From IMG/VR virus record IMGVR_UViG_3300001598_001791, positions 14,432 to 78,431 of that record: a stretch of DNA of 64,000 bases; one strand, given 5' to 3'. The notes under the pieces were generated by a model that was not told the origin of the DNA, ran no database searches, and saw only the letters and a list, made by a program, of their open reading frames with translations. The stretch comes from a virus. Lineage: Duplodnaviria; Caudoviricetes. The translations under genes and the position numbers were made by a program. How positions within the stretch are numbered: position 1 is the first letter of the stretch; every line of letters begins with the position of its first letter. Below are positions 45,489 to 54,928 of the stretch, piece by piece.

Positions 45489-47160
45489 AATAACTGAGAT
45501 ACCATCAATAAAGGTAGTAGGTGAAACGTCACTATCAATAGAGTTTCCATTTGATGAAAAGGTTATTAAAATTATAAAAGAAGCAGGAGATTCTGTTTGG
45601 AATAAAAAATTAAAAATATGGGAATTACCAACAAATAAATTATCATTTTTAATAGATAACTTAACATATATTAGTGATATTGAAATAAATTTATTACCGG
45701 ATATTGAGAAAACTAAAACATTATTAAATAAAAATTATAAAACAACACCTTTTAGTTATCAAGAAGAGGGAATACAATACATTGTTGATAATAAAAATAT
45801 TTTACTCCTGGATCAGCCAGGTACTGGAAAGACATTGCAAACAATCTATGCCGCACAAGAGTTAAAAGAAAAAGAAGGTTATGGACATTGTCTTGTTATC
45901 TGTGGGATTAATTCATTAAAAACCAATTGGGAAAAGGAGATTCATAAACACTCAGAACTTGATTGTATAATTATAGGTAAACAAATAACCAAAAAAGGTA
46001 CTGTTAAATATGCATCTATCAAAGAAAGAGCTGATCAATTATATAATAAAATAGATGAATTCTTCGTTATTATAAACATAGAATCATTGAGAGATAACTT
46101 AGTTATAGATGCTATTTTAAATAGTGTTAATAAGTGGGATATGATTGTAATAGATGAGTGTCATCGAGTAAAAGATCCTGGAAGTATTCAAGGTAAGAAT
46201 TTCTTAAAATTATCTAAGGTAGGTAAGTCACATTTAGGTTTAACTGGTACCTTATTAGTAAATGAGCCAATGGACTCATATGTACCTTTAAAATTCATTG
46301 GAAAAGAAAAGGGTACCTGGACTAATTTTAAACAATTCTATTGTATTTATGAACAAAAATTTGGACACAATCAAATAGTAGGATACAAAAATCTAGATGT
46401 ATTAAAAGAAGAAATAGGTGAATGTTCAATCAGGCGAACAAAGGATCGTTTAGGATTTCAATTACCGCCAAAAACTATTTTACCTGAATATATTGAAATG
46501 AGTGATAGGCAGTTAAAATTTTATGATGATATTTCTAAAGGTGTTTTAGATGAAGTAGACCGTGTTGAGATAAAAACAACATCATTATTAGGTTTGGTTA
46601 TCAGATTAAGGCAGGCCTCAACGTGCCCATCTGTCTTAACAACTTCAATTGAAATAGATTCATGTAAAGTAAAAAGAGCGATTGAACTAGTTGATGAGAT
46701 AGTAGGTAATGGTGAAAAAGTTGTTATATTTTCTACTTTTAAAGAGCCATTGAATATCTTAAAAAATATATTATCAAAATATAATCCATTATTGGGTACG
46801 GGTGACATCTCAGATGATGAAGTATCCCAGAATATAGATAAATTTCAAACAGATGATAAATATAAAGTATTTCTAGGAACATTTTCTAAAACATCAACAG
46901 GTGTAACCTTAAATGCTGCTAGTTATATGATTATGCTTGATGAACCGTGGACATATGCCCTATTTGAGCAGGCAACAGATAGAATTCACCGTATTAATAA
47001 CGTTAATCCGGCTTTTATTTATGTATTAATAGCTGAAAACACTATTGATGAAAGAGTATTCTCATTAGTTGAAAAGAAAAAAGAATTAAGTGATGACATA
47101 ATTGATGATTCATTACAAAGAGAAGAACTGTTAGAATTAATAAAAGGAAGTAAATTCTAG
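45481..47160 (+). CDS. SNF2/SF2-family helicase
   Basis: DQPGTGKT, DECH, LTGT, QATDRIHRI. Confidence 0.9.
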   Translation: MIKITEIPSIKVVGETSLSIEFPFDEKVIKIIKEAGDSVWNKKLKIWELPTNKLSFLIDNLTYISDIEINLLPDIEKTKTLLNKNYKTTPFSYQEEGIQYIVDNKNILLLDQPGTGKTLQTIYAAQELKEKEGYGHCLVICGINSLKTNWEKEIHKHSELDCIIIGKQITKKGTVKYASIKERADQLYNKIDEFFVIINIESLRDNLVIDAILNSVNKWDMIVIDECHRVKDPGSIQGKNFLKLSKVGKSHLGLTGTLLVNEPMDSYVPLKFIGKEKGTWTNFKQFYCIYEQKFGHNQIVGYKNLDVLKEEIGECSIRRTKDRLGFQLPPKTILPEYIEMSDRQLKFYDDISKGVLDEVDRVEIKTTSLLGLVIRLRQASTCPSVLTTSIEIDSCKVKRAIELVDEIVGNGEKVVIFSTFKEPLNILKNILSKYNPLLGTGDISDDEVSQNIDKFQTDDKYKVFLGTFSKTSTGVTLNAASYMIMLDEPWTYALFEQATDRIHRINNVNPAFIYVLIAENTIDERVFSLVEKKKELSDDIIDDSLQREELLELIKGSKF

Positions 47161-47216
47161 TTTACTTCCTTTTTATTTTGTTGTATAATGATAAGGTAGT
47201 AATTAGAGAGGTAGAT

Positions 47217-47759
47217 ATGAGTGATGTATTGGTTATTCATCTAGATGACAGAAGCACAGATTTTTTAAAATTAATCTATAAAGATAAAAATTATGATATT
47301 ATAAATGATGGTAATATGAGAAATAGTGAGTTAGTAGATCAAATTAGAAATCATAATAAAATTATTATGATGGGTCATGGTCTTCCTTATGGGTTAATTA
47401 ATGTAAATAGAGGACCTAAAAATTTGAATTTATTTTTTATCAATGACTCACATGCCGACTTATTAAGAGAAAAAGAAACTGTTTCTATATGGTGTTTCTC
47501 AGATGAGTATTTTAGTAGAAATACTATTAAAGGTTTTCATACAGGGATGATCATATCAGAAACTTCAGAAGAACGTATGGTTTTAAATTATGAACCACTT
47601 AATAAAGATGAATTGCTTGATAATATGAATTTTATGGCAACTATATTTAGTGAATGTATTGAGTTATCTCCTGAAGAGATAAGGTCTTATATGCTAACTA
47701 ATTATAATAGACATGATCCTGTTAGTGAATTTAATAGAAAAAACATGATTGTTATTTAG
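47217..47759 (+). CDS. Hypothetical protein
   Basis: Start at ATG 47217 (RBS GAGG) after promoter 47161-47189. Confidence 0.6.
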   Translation: MSDVLVIHLDDRSTDFLKLIYKDKNYDIINDGNMRNSELVDQIRNHNKIIMMGHGLPYGLINVNRGPKNLNLFFINDSHADLLREKETVSIWCFSDEYFSRNTIKGFHTGMIISETSEERMVLNYEPLNKDELLDNMNFMATIFSECIELSPEEIRSYMLTNYNRHDPVSEFNRKNMIVI

Positions 47760-47771
47760 TAGGTGAGATAG

Positions 47772-48542
47772 ATGTTAGAAGATGTATATAAAAGTTATAG
47801 AAAACTTGCAGATGAGGTAAGTTGGAAAAAGTATAATATCAATGAATTATTTTTTAAAACAATAGAATATGAAAATACTGATTTGTATGAAAAATACTAT
47901 GCAGGTGTTATTTGTAGAGTATGGGGTTATTCTGGTAAAGTGTTTAGATCAGTTAACCGTCATATACCATTTGATCAATGTTATGATATTGTAATAGATG
48001 CAGTAAATTATGTGTTATCTAAAAGAGTTTGGGAAAGTGAGAATAGTTCACTATATGGTGATAAATCAGCCCCTGATAAAGCTTTTCATATTGCCCTTAG
48101 GAGACAGAGATCCATTATCCTTTCTAGCCTTACAGCTGATAAAAGGCAGTCTAATTTTAATAATTTAAGTATAGATTCTTTTAGAGAAGAATATAATGAT
48201 GCCTCTGATGGGTTACTAATATTCAATCAAACAGAATACTCAGATAATACTAAAATCAGAAGTTTAATAACTCATTATTTTGATCATAATTATCCTGTAA
48301 AAGGTTTTGCTTTAGATTTCATTTGTTTTGGGAATTCAGATCAATTTTCTACTGATAGAATAATCAAACAAATAAAGGAAATAAATTGTAATGAATATAA
48401 TTATTACAACTTAGTTTACGGGATATCAAAACAACAATATAATAGATATGTTAATGAAATTAAACATACTAGTAAACAGATTATAAATTATCAAATAAAG
48501 GGTTTACTATATGAGTTAAGAAAGGAGTATGTTAATGCGTAA
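47772..48542 (+). CDS. Hypothetical protein, possibly a divergent sigma-like transcription factor
   Basis: Helical; CYDIVIDAV...KRQSNFNNLSID loosely resembles sigma region 2; weak. Confidence 0.3.
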   Translation: MLEDVYKSYRKLADEVSWKKYNINELFFKTIEYENTDLYEKYYAGVICRVWGYSGKVFRSVNRHIPFDQCYDIVIDAVNYVLSKRVWESENSSLYGDKSAPDKAFHIALRRQRSIILSSLTADKRQSNFNNLSIDSFREEYNDASDGLLIFNQTEYSDNTKIRSLITHYFDHNYPVKGFALDFICFGNSDQFSTDRIIKQIKEINCNEYNYYNLVYGISKQQYNRYVNEIKHTSKQIINYQIKGLLYELRKEYVNA

Positions 48543-49359
48543 TATTGATGCAAGATTTTTTGTAATTCATGGGTGGATGATGAGTAAATTAGGTTTATGC
48601 GGATGTGATCGTGACGTTTATTCAATTATATATGGTTTCTCACAAGATGGTGAAAGTGACTATCATGGTAGTATCGGATATCTATCAGATCTCACTCAAT
48701 ACTCAAAAAGATCATGTGGTAACTCGTTAAAATTTCTAACTGACTCAAAATTAGTAATTAAATACTGGGAACCTAATGCTAAGTCTGCTACCTATAAAAT
48801 TAATTTTAATATTATTAATAATTTCAATAATGAAGATAATTCTGGCAATGAAGATACTTCCTCTCTACCAGAAAATACTTCTGGTGAACAAGAAGATACT
48901 TCTGGTATAACGGAAAATACTTCCTACAATAATATAGATATAAAAAATAATAATAAAATTATAAATAATACTGATTCTCTTTTAGAAAATAATAAATATA
49001 TTAAAGAAAAGAGTTTACAAGAGACTGTCGATGAGGTGATTGATTTTATGAACACTACGTGCCATACCTCATTTAAGAAAACAACCAATGGGACTAAGCG
49101 GAAAATTAAATCACTAATAAAACAAGGTTTTAGTTTACAAGATATGAAAAATGTTATATTATGTAAATATGAACAGTGGGGAAAGAAACCTATTAAATTT
49201 AGTAATGGCCAAATGAGTGATGCCTATCTAAGGCCAGATACTTTATTCAGTGATAAATTTGAAAGTTATCTATCTGAATACCAAAAGAATACCCCAAAAC
49301 AACGTTCAAATGAAAATAATATCGATATCAATAATATAGAAATAATTGATGAGTATTAA
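48529..49359 (+). CDS. Replication initiator (N-terminal wHTH, conserved phage C-terminal domain)
   Basis: YSIIYGFSQDG wHTH; YLRPDTLFSDKFESYL; upstream of the loader. Confidence 0.7.
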   Translation: MLMRNIDARFFVIHGWMMSKLGLCGCDRDVYSIIYGFSQDGESDYHGSIGYLSDLTQYSKRSCGNSLKFLTDSKLVIKYWEPNAKSATYKINFNIINNFNNEDNSGNEDTSSLPENTSGEQEDTSGITENTSYNNIDIKNNNKIINNTDSLLENNKYIKEKSLQETVDEVIDFMNTTCHTSFKKTTNGTKRKIKSLIKQGFSLQDMKNVILCKYEQWGKKPIKFSNGQMSDAYLRPDTLFSDKFESYLSEYQKNTPKQRSNENNIDINNIEIIDEY

Positions 49360-49370
49360 AGGAGGTAACC

Positions 49371-50072
49371 GTGGATAGTAGTAAATGTTGGTTAAAGAAT
49401 GATTGCAGTTGTGTTGATTGTGATTCTCCTAGTTGTATAAGGTTAGTAAAATTAGATTATTTATATACTAATGCCAATATCTCACTGAATCAAAGATATG
49501 ATGTAAAATTAAAAATAATTTCAGGTGTGAATAATGTTGATAGTGAATCATTTAAACGATTAGGAGATATCAAATCTGATATAAAAAATTTTATTTCAAA
49601 AGGTAATAACCTATATCTATACTCAGAAACAGTTGGTAATGGTAAGACTGCGTGGGCAATAAAACTATTACAATCATATTTTAATAATATTTGGCCAACA
49701 ACTGGGCTGAAATGTAAGGCATTGTTTATTCATGTTCCACAGTTTTTATTAGCTTTAAAAGATAATATCTCAGAAAAAAGTGATTATATCCAACATATTA
49801 AAGAAAATATCTTAGATTGTGACCTGGTGATTTTTGATGAGTTAACTACTAGAGCAGGTACCAACTTTGAGTTAGATCATTTACTTTCGTATATAAACAC
49901 TCGTTTATCAACAGGTAAGTCATGCATCTATACTTCAAATGTAAAACCTGATGAGTTGTCTTCATATTTAGGTGAGAGATTGTCTAGCAGAGTAGTTAAC
50001 CTATCTGAAGTAATCGAATTAAGAGGGTCTGATATGAGAGCTTTATCAAAAGAATGGAGAAATAATAATTAG
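49371..50072 (+). CDS. DnaC/IstB-like helicase loader ATPase
   Basis: GNGKT, LVIFDEL, IYTSN, RLSSR. Confidence 0.8.
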   Translation: MDSSKCWLKNDCSCVDCDSPSCIRLVKLDYLYTNANISLNQRYDVKLKIISGVNNVDSESFKRLGDIKSDIKNFISKGNNLYLYSETVGNGKTAWAIKLLQSYFNNIWPTTGLKCKALFIHVPQFLLALKDNISEKSDYIQHIKENILDCDLVIFDELTTRAGTNFELDHLLSYINTRLSTGKSCIYTSNVKPDELSSYLGERLSSRVVNLSEVIELRGSDMRALSKEWRNNN

Positions 50073-50074
50073 TT

Positions 50075-51376
50075 ATGATTACACAAATTCAAACATTGAA
50101 TTATTTATTATCTAGAGGTGATTCATCTTTATTAACAACGAGAGGTTTATCATTAGATCATTTCCCTCAATTAAGAAATGAATTTAAATTTATTTTAAAT
50201 CATTTTAATAAATATAACCAATTACCTGATATGTCTACTTTCTTAAAGACATTTCCTGATTTTGAAGTTATTGAAGTAAATGAGTCTATAGATTATTTGA
50301 TCTCTGAGTTAAATAAAGAAAAGACAGAAACTAACATTATTGAGTTAGTAAACAAAATTAAAGAACCTTTATTAAAAGGTGAAACAGATAAAGTAACTCA
50401 AATGATTTCCTCTTTCTCAGATAAGTTAACATCTAGTAAACATCTAGAAGCAGTTGATATTTTAAATGATATTTCTAGATATGATTCATATATTGATAAA
50501 TGTAATGACTTCAATAAGTATTATATATCAACTGGATTTAGAGAACTTGATGAGATCATCGGTGGATGGGATAGAAATGAAGAATATGCTACTATCGCTG
50601 CACGTTCAGGTACTGGTAAGACATGGATTTTATTGAAAAGTATTACTGCTTCAGTTGAAAGGGGTTTAAGAGTAGGATTATTCTCAGGTGAAATGAGTGT
50701 CAATAAGGTTGCATATAGATTTGATACTCTCATGGGGCATATCTCTAATGGTAAATTAACTCATGGTAATATTGAAGCTGCTGTTGGTTATAAAAGATAC
50801 TTAGATAATTTAAAAGATAATCATAAAGGTAGTTTATATGTGTTAACTCCTAATATGGTTGATGGTTTGTGTGGTGTAAACGCCCTAAGAGGATTCGTTG
50901 AAAAATATAATCTTGATATTTTATTTATTGACCAACATTCTTTATTACAGGATGATAGGCATGGTAGAACTACTTTTGAGTCTGCTGCTAACATTTCAGG
51001 TGATCTAAAACAATTACAAGTAAGAAAAGGAATTCCTATTATAACTGTATCTCAACAAAACAGATCATCAATAGATGAAGGAAAATTCGCCGGAACAGAA
51101 AATATTTCTAATTCAGATAAGATCTCACAAGATAGTACTGTTATTTTATTTTTATCTACTAAAGATGATATTATGACAATTCATATAGCCAAAAGTAGAG
51201 ATGGTGGTTCATTTAAACAAATTAAATATGCAGTTGACTTTGATAAAGGAAATTTCACTTATATACCAGAGGAGAAAGATCTAGAAGATGAAGATTCATT
51301 AAACGAAGCTAATGAATTATTGAATAAATATTCTCCGACAAACAACAATGAGGAAAGGAACGATATATTTAAATAA
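50075..51376 (+). CDS. dnaB: Replicative DNA helicase (DnaB-like)
   Basis: ARSGTGKT, FSGEM, LFIDQ, SQQNR, IAKSRDG. Confidence 0.88.
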   Translation: MITQIQTLNYLLSRGDSSLLTTRGLSLDHFPQLRNEFKFILNHFNKYNQLPDMSTFLKTFPDFEVIEVNESIDYLISELNKEKTETNIIELVNKIKEPLLKGETDKVTQMISSFSDKLTSSKHLEAVDILNDISRYDSYIDKCNDFNKYYISTGFRELDEIIGGWDRNEEYATIAARSGTGKTWILLKSITASVERGLRVGLFSGEMSVNKVAYRFDTLMGHISNGKLTHGNIEAAVGYKRYLDNLKDNHKGSLYVLTPNMVDGLCGVNALRGFVEKYNLDILFIDQHSLLQDDRHGRTTFESAANISGDLKQLQVRKGIPIITVSQQNRSSIDEGKFAGTENISNSDKISQDSTVILFLSTKDDIMTIHIAKSRDGGSFKQIKYAVDFDKGNFTYIPEEKDLEDEDSLNEANELLNKYSPTNNNEERNDIFK

Positions 51377-52341
51377 TGATAGTAGTAAGAAATAGAACCT
51401 TAACAGAAGATGCATTTACTATCTTAAAAAAAGTTCAATCTGAAATTTCTAATGGTAAATTGGATATTGTAAGAAGGTCTAGTTCATCAGATATTATGAT
51501 AACGTGTCCAAAACACAGTAATGGCCATGAATCAAGGCCATCCTGTTTTATTAGAAATGATGATGGTGTTGGAAATTGTTTTACTTGTGGACTTAAAGGC
51601 CCTCTACAAAATTTTATAGCTGAGTCAATGGATATTTCTATTTCTAAAGCTGAAGAATGGCTTATTTCTAATTTTGGTGGTGACTTTACTCACAGAGATA
51701 TTGTTTTCCCTGATATTACCATCTATAAAAATTCAGATATCATCATGGATGAGTCAGTTCTAGAATCATTTGAGAATTATCACCCTTATATGTCAATGAG
51801 AAAACTTACCCCAGAGGTAATATCAAAATTTCAAATCAAATATGATCCAAAAACTGAGTGTTTGGTATTCCCAGTTAGAGATTATCTAGGCAAATTAAGA
51901 TTTTTAACAAGAAGATCAGTAAATAATAAAAAATTTATTATCGATAAAGAGGCTAATAAAAAATATATTTATTTACTGGATAATGTTTATAGAAATAATT
52001 ATAAAGAAGTATACGTAGTAGAATCTCAGATTAACGCTTTAACTTTAGAAGGTTGGGGGTATCATGCTGTTGCTTTATTTGGGGCAGGAGCTCCCTCAGA
52101 ACAAATTAAAGAATTAAACAAAACTGGAGTTAATCACTTTATATTGGCACTCGATAATGATCCTGCAGGTATTAAAGGTACAAAGAAACTATGTGAGTAT
52201 ATATACAGAAATAAATTAGTTGACGTAGTTATTTTTAATGATAACAGAGATGTTAATGATCTTTCAAAAGAAGAGTTTTCATCACTTAAACAAATAGATC
52301 GGTATGAATTTATAAATAAAAATAGTTTACAATTGATATAA
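51376..52341 (+). CDS. dnaG: DNA primase (zinc finger + Toprim)
   Basis: CPKH...CFTC; VVESQINAL; LALDNDPAG; DVND. Confidence 0.85.
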   Translation: MIVVRNRTLTEDAFTILKKVQSEISNGKLDIVRRSSSSDIMITCPKHSNGHESRPSCFIRNDDGVGNCFTCGLKGPLQNFIAESMDISISKAEEWLISNFGGDFTHRDIVFPDITIYKNSDIIMDESVLESFENYHPYMSMRKLTPEVISKFQIKYDPKTECLVFPVRDYLGKLRFLTRRSVNNKKFIIDKEANKKYIYLLDNVYRNNYKEVYVVESQINALTLEGWGYHAVALFGAGAPSEQIKELNKTGVNHFILALDNDPAGIKGTKKLCEYIYRNKLVDVVIFNDNRDVNDLSKEEFSSLKQIDRYEFINKNSLQLI

Positions 52342-52413
52342 TTTGTTGTATAATTATATCGTAATTTAATATTACCTAAGAATTTTAGATATGTGGAAAG
52401 AGAGGTGCCCATA

Positions 52414-53097
52414 ATGGGTTATGTTACAAGAAAAGAATACTTAGAATTACAAGCAAATAAAGAAAAGAAAAAAACTGAAGGACAAAGCAGTACTAGATCA
52501 CTTTGGAATTTCAAATTAAAAGATGATGGTGATGAAAGCATCGTACGATTCTGCTACTCAGATCCATCTCAATTTAATATTATTACAGTTCATCCAGGTA
52601 CGGCAGAAGATCATTACAAGAAAATTAATTGTTTAAATGATTTGAAAAATGGAATTACTGATTGTCCTTTATGCGCAGCTGGTGTTAAAGTTCAAAACAG
52701 ATTTTACGTAAAAATGATTGAATATGTTAGAAATGAAGATGGAACAATTACTCCATATGCTAGAGTATGGGATAGACCAGCTAAGTTTATGGATACTTTA
52801 GTTAACTTATTTACCGAGTATGGTGATATTAGTGAATGTGTTTTTAAAGTAAAACGTAGAGGTAAAGCTGGTGATATGCAAACAGATTATGATATTATGT
52901 TTGGGAACCCACAAGTTTACAATGCACAATTATATCCAAAAGATTTCTCAGCATTTGATAATTATGATTTAATTGGGACTAACGTTTTAAATAAAACAAA
53001 AGAAGAGTTAGAAGTAATAGTTAAAAATATGGTTGGAGATACACCTAAAACTCAACAACAATCAATTAATCCACAACCAAGAACAGTCGTATACTAA
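52414..53097 (+). CDS. Single-stranded DNA-binding protein (gp32-like)
   Basis: FKLKDDGDESIVRF, CPLC, RVWDR, KVKRRGKAGDMQTDY. Confidence 0.65.
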   Translation: MGYVTRKEYLELQANKEKKKTEGQSSTRSLWNFKLKDDGDESIVRFCYSDPSQFNIITVHPGTAEDHYKKINCLNDLKNGITDCPLCAAGVKVQNRFYVKMIEYVRNEDGTITPYARVWDRPAKFMDTLVNLFTEYGDISECVFKVKRRGKAGDMQTDYDIMFGNPQVYNAQLYPKDFSAFDNYDLIGTNVLNKTKEELEVIVKNMVGDTPKTQQQSINPQPRTVVY

Positions 53098-53103
53098 AAT
53101 AAA

Positions 53104-53132
53104 TAGGGTGGAGAATATCCACCCTAATTTTT
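53104..53132 (+). terminator. Hairpin / terminator between SSB and polymerase genes
   Basis: TAGGGTGG...CCACCCTA followed by ATTTTTT. Confidence 0.6.
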
Positions 53133-53151
53133 ACTAGGAGGAAATATTATA

Positions 53152-54795
53152 ATGCCAATTATCCAAGAGAGTTTATTTGATTCATTTAGTGTTGATATGG
53201 ATAATACTAAAAATATTTTAACCAAATTAAAGTCACCTAAAAAGGTAAAAGAAGTAACTGTTGAAAAACAATTATCATCAAACGATGTTCCTTTTGATGA
53301 AAAATTAAGATTAGTAACAACTGAAGTAAACCGCATTTTGGGCCATTTCAAAGATGATACTATCTGCATCTATGATTATAGTGAATTAGAAAAATATATT
53401 GATAAGGCAATTCAAAATGGTGTTATTTCAGTAGATACAGAAACTATTGGTACTCGTGATGATATTGATAAACCTGCTACTGATGCGTATACTTGTAAAT
53501 TAGCTGGACCATGCCTTTATACACCGGGTATGAAAAATGCTTATATTCCAATAAACCATGTAGATCCTTATACTAATATTCGTTTAGAGAATCAATTATC
53601 AGAAGATCAGTTAACTGTCCAATTTAAAAGATTAGTTAATAATAAGGTAAAGGTAATTTATCATAATGGTAAATTCGATTATAAAGTATTATATTATACT
53701 TGTGGTGTTAAATTACCTATTTACTGGGATACTATGATCGGTGCTCAGATACTAAATGAAAATGAACAAGCAGGCCTTAAGTTTCAATATAAAGATAAAA
53801 TTAATCCAGAACAAGAGAAATATAATATTGAGAAATTATTTAACGTAGAAATGTTTCCTAAATACCCACCTGAATTGTTTGCTTTATATGCTGCTACTGA
53901 TGCCTATGAAACATATAAATTATACGAATATCAGAAGAGTCAATATGAAAAACGGGGAAACGAGAGACTATACAATTTATTTTTAAATATTGAGATGCCT
54001 GTAGTAACAGTTGTCTCTGAGATGGAAATACGTGGAGTAGGTCTTGATAATGAATTTGCACAAAGATTAAGCAAAAAATTCCATTTGAAACTTGATGATA
54101 TTAATCACGCTATTGAAGTTGAAATGGGTAAATATAGAGAGATAATTTCTGAGTGGAGATCTTCGTCTTCAGCAAATTTCCATCCGACCAAAAATGGTAA
54201 ACAACAGAAATCTATGAATGAACAGTTATCAGATCCAATTGAATTGACTTCATCAATTCAATTAGGAATATTCTTATATGATATTCTTCAAGTATTAAAG
54301 GTTGATAAAGACGGTAAAAAAGTTGTTGATGAAGCAACATTACTTATTATAAAAGATAAATTACCATTAATTAATTTAATCCTAAGGAAAAGAGAATATG
54401 AAAAATATCTTGGTACTTATATTGACGCGATACCATTGGTTGCTAGCCCAAGAGATGGTCGAATTCACCCAAAATTTAATCAACTAGGTCGAGAAGATAA
54501 AAATGTTGTTACCGGAAGATTTAGTTCAACTTCACCAAATTTCCAAAACATCCCAGCCAGAGGTCAAATAACTTCAGTAAGGTGTATGTTTGTTCCTACT
54601 ATAAATTATAATGAATTTAATAAACAAAATAATGGGTTATATGAGATACCTGTTGAAGAAGAATGTTTAATGGCTGATGGCTCATATAAATGGGTATCAG
54701 AACTGCAAGTTGATGATATACTCGATGGCGGTGAAATAGTTAAAAGTATTGGTAAAAGTACAACAGGTAGATTAATTAGAGTGGAGGTAGCTTAA
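53152..54795 (+). CDS. polA: Family A DNA polymerase, N-terminal part (3'-5' exonuclease, thumb, start of palm) with a Hint-like C-terminal appendage
   Basis: Exo DTET, HNGKFD, YAATDA; TGRFSSTSPNFQNIP; VRCMFVP, then LMADGSYKWVSELQVDDIL and a stop. Confidence 0.88.
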   Translation: MPIIQESLFDSFSVDMDNTKNILTKLKSPKKVKEVTVEKQLSSNDVPFDEKLRLVTTEVNRILGHFKDDTICIYDYSELEKYIDKAIQNGVISVDTETIGTRDDIDKPATDAYTCKLAGPCLYTPGMKNAYIPINHVDPYTNIRLENQLSEDQLTVQFKRLVNNKVKVIYHNGKFDYKVLYYTCGVKLPIYWDTMIGAQILNENEQAGLKFQYKDKINPEQEKYNIEKLFNVEMFPKYPPELFALYAATDAYETYKLYEYQKSQYEKRGNERLYNLFLNIEMPVVTVVSEMEIRGVGLDNEFAQRLSKKFHLKLDDINHAIEVEMGKYREIISEWRSSSSANFHPTKNGKQQKSMNEQLSDPIELTSSIQLGIFLYDILQVLKVDKDGKKVVDEATLLIIKDKLPLINLILRKREYEKYLGTYIDAIPLVASPRDGRIHPKFNQLGREDKNVVTGRFSSTSPNFQNIPARGQITSVRCMFVPTINYNEFNKQNNGLYEIPVEEECLMADGSYKWVSELQVDDILDGGEIVKSIGKSTTGRLIRVEVA

Positions 54796-54805
54796 GTTCA
54801 AAAAG

Positions 54806-54928
54806 ATGATTAAAGATAATAAAGTTACCCGAGCCAAAAAAGAAGAAATAGATAAATATTTACAAGAAGGATACAAATTTGTATCCAAGAAAGGTGGTGA
54901 TATAAATGAAAAGTCTAAAAACTCGTAG
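54806..54928 (+). pseudogene. Possible endonuclease-gene remnant between the PolA halves (40 codons)
   Basis: MIKDNKVTRAKKEEIDKYLQEGYKF resembles C-terminal tails of homing endonucleases; position mirrors the GIY-YIG gene in the terminase. Confidence 0.35.

Noticed and set aside
54664-54795. CLMADG as the start of a functional intein in PolA
   Set aside because: The Cys is too close to the DG motif for block A, there is no TxxH, and no C-terminal HN plus nucleophile exists on PolA-C.
54793-54800. TAAGT after the PolA-N stop as a third micro-insertion fusing the two PolA ORFs
   Set aside because: Skipping 5 or 8 nt leads to a TAG within about 18 codons; no flanking hairpin; PolA-C has its own RBS and ATG.
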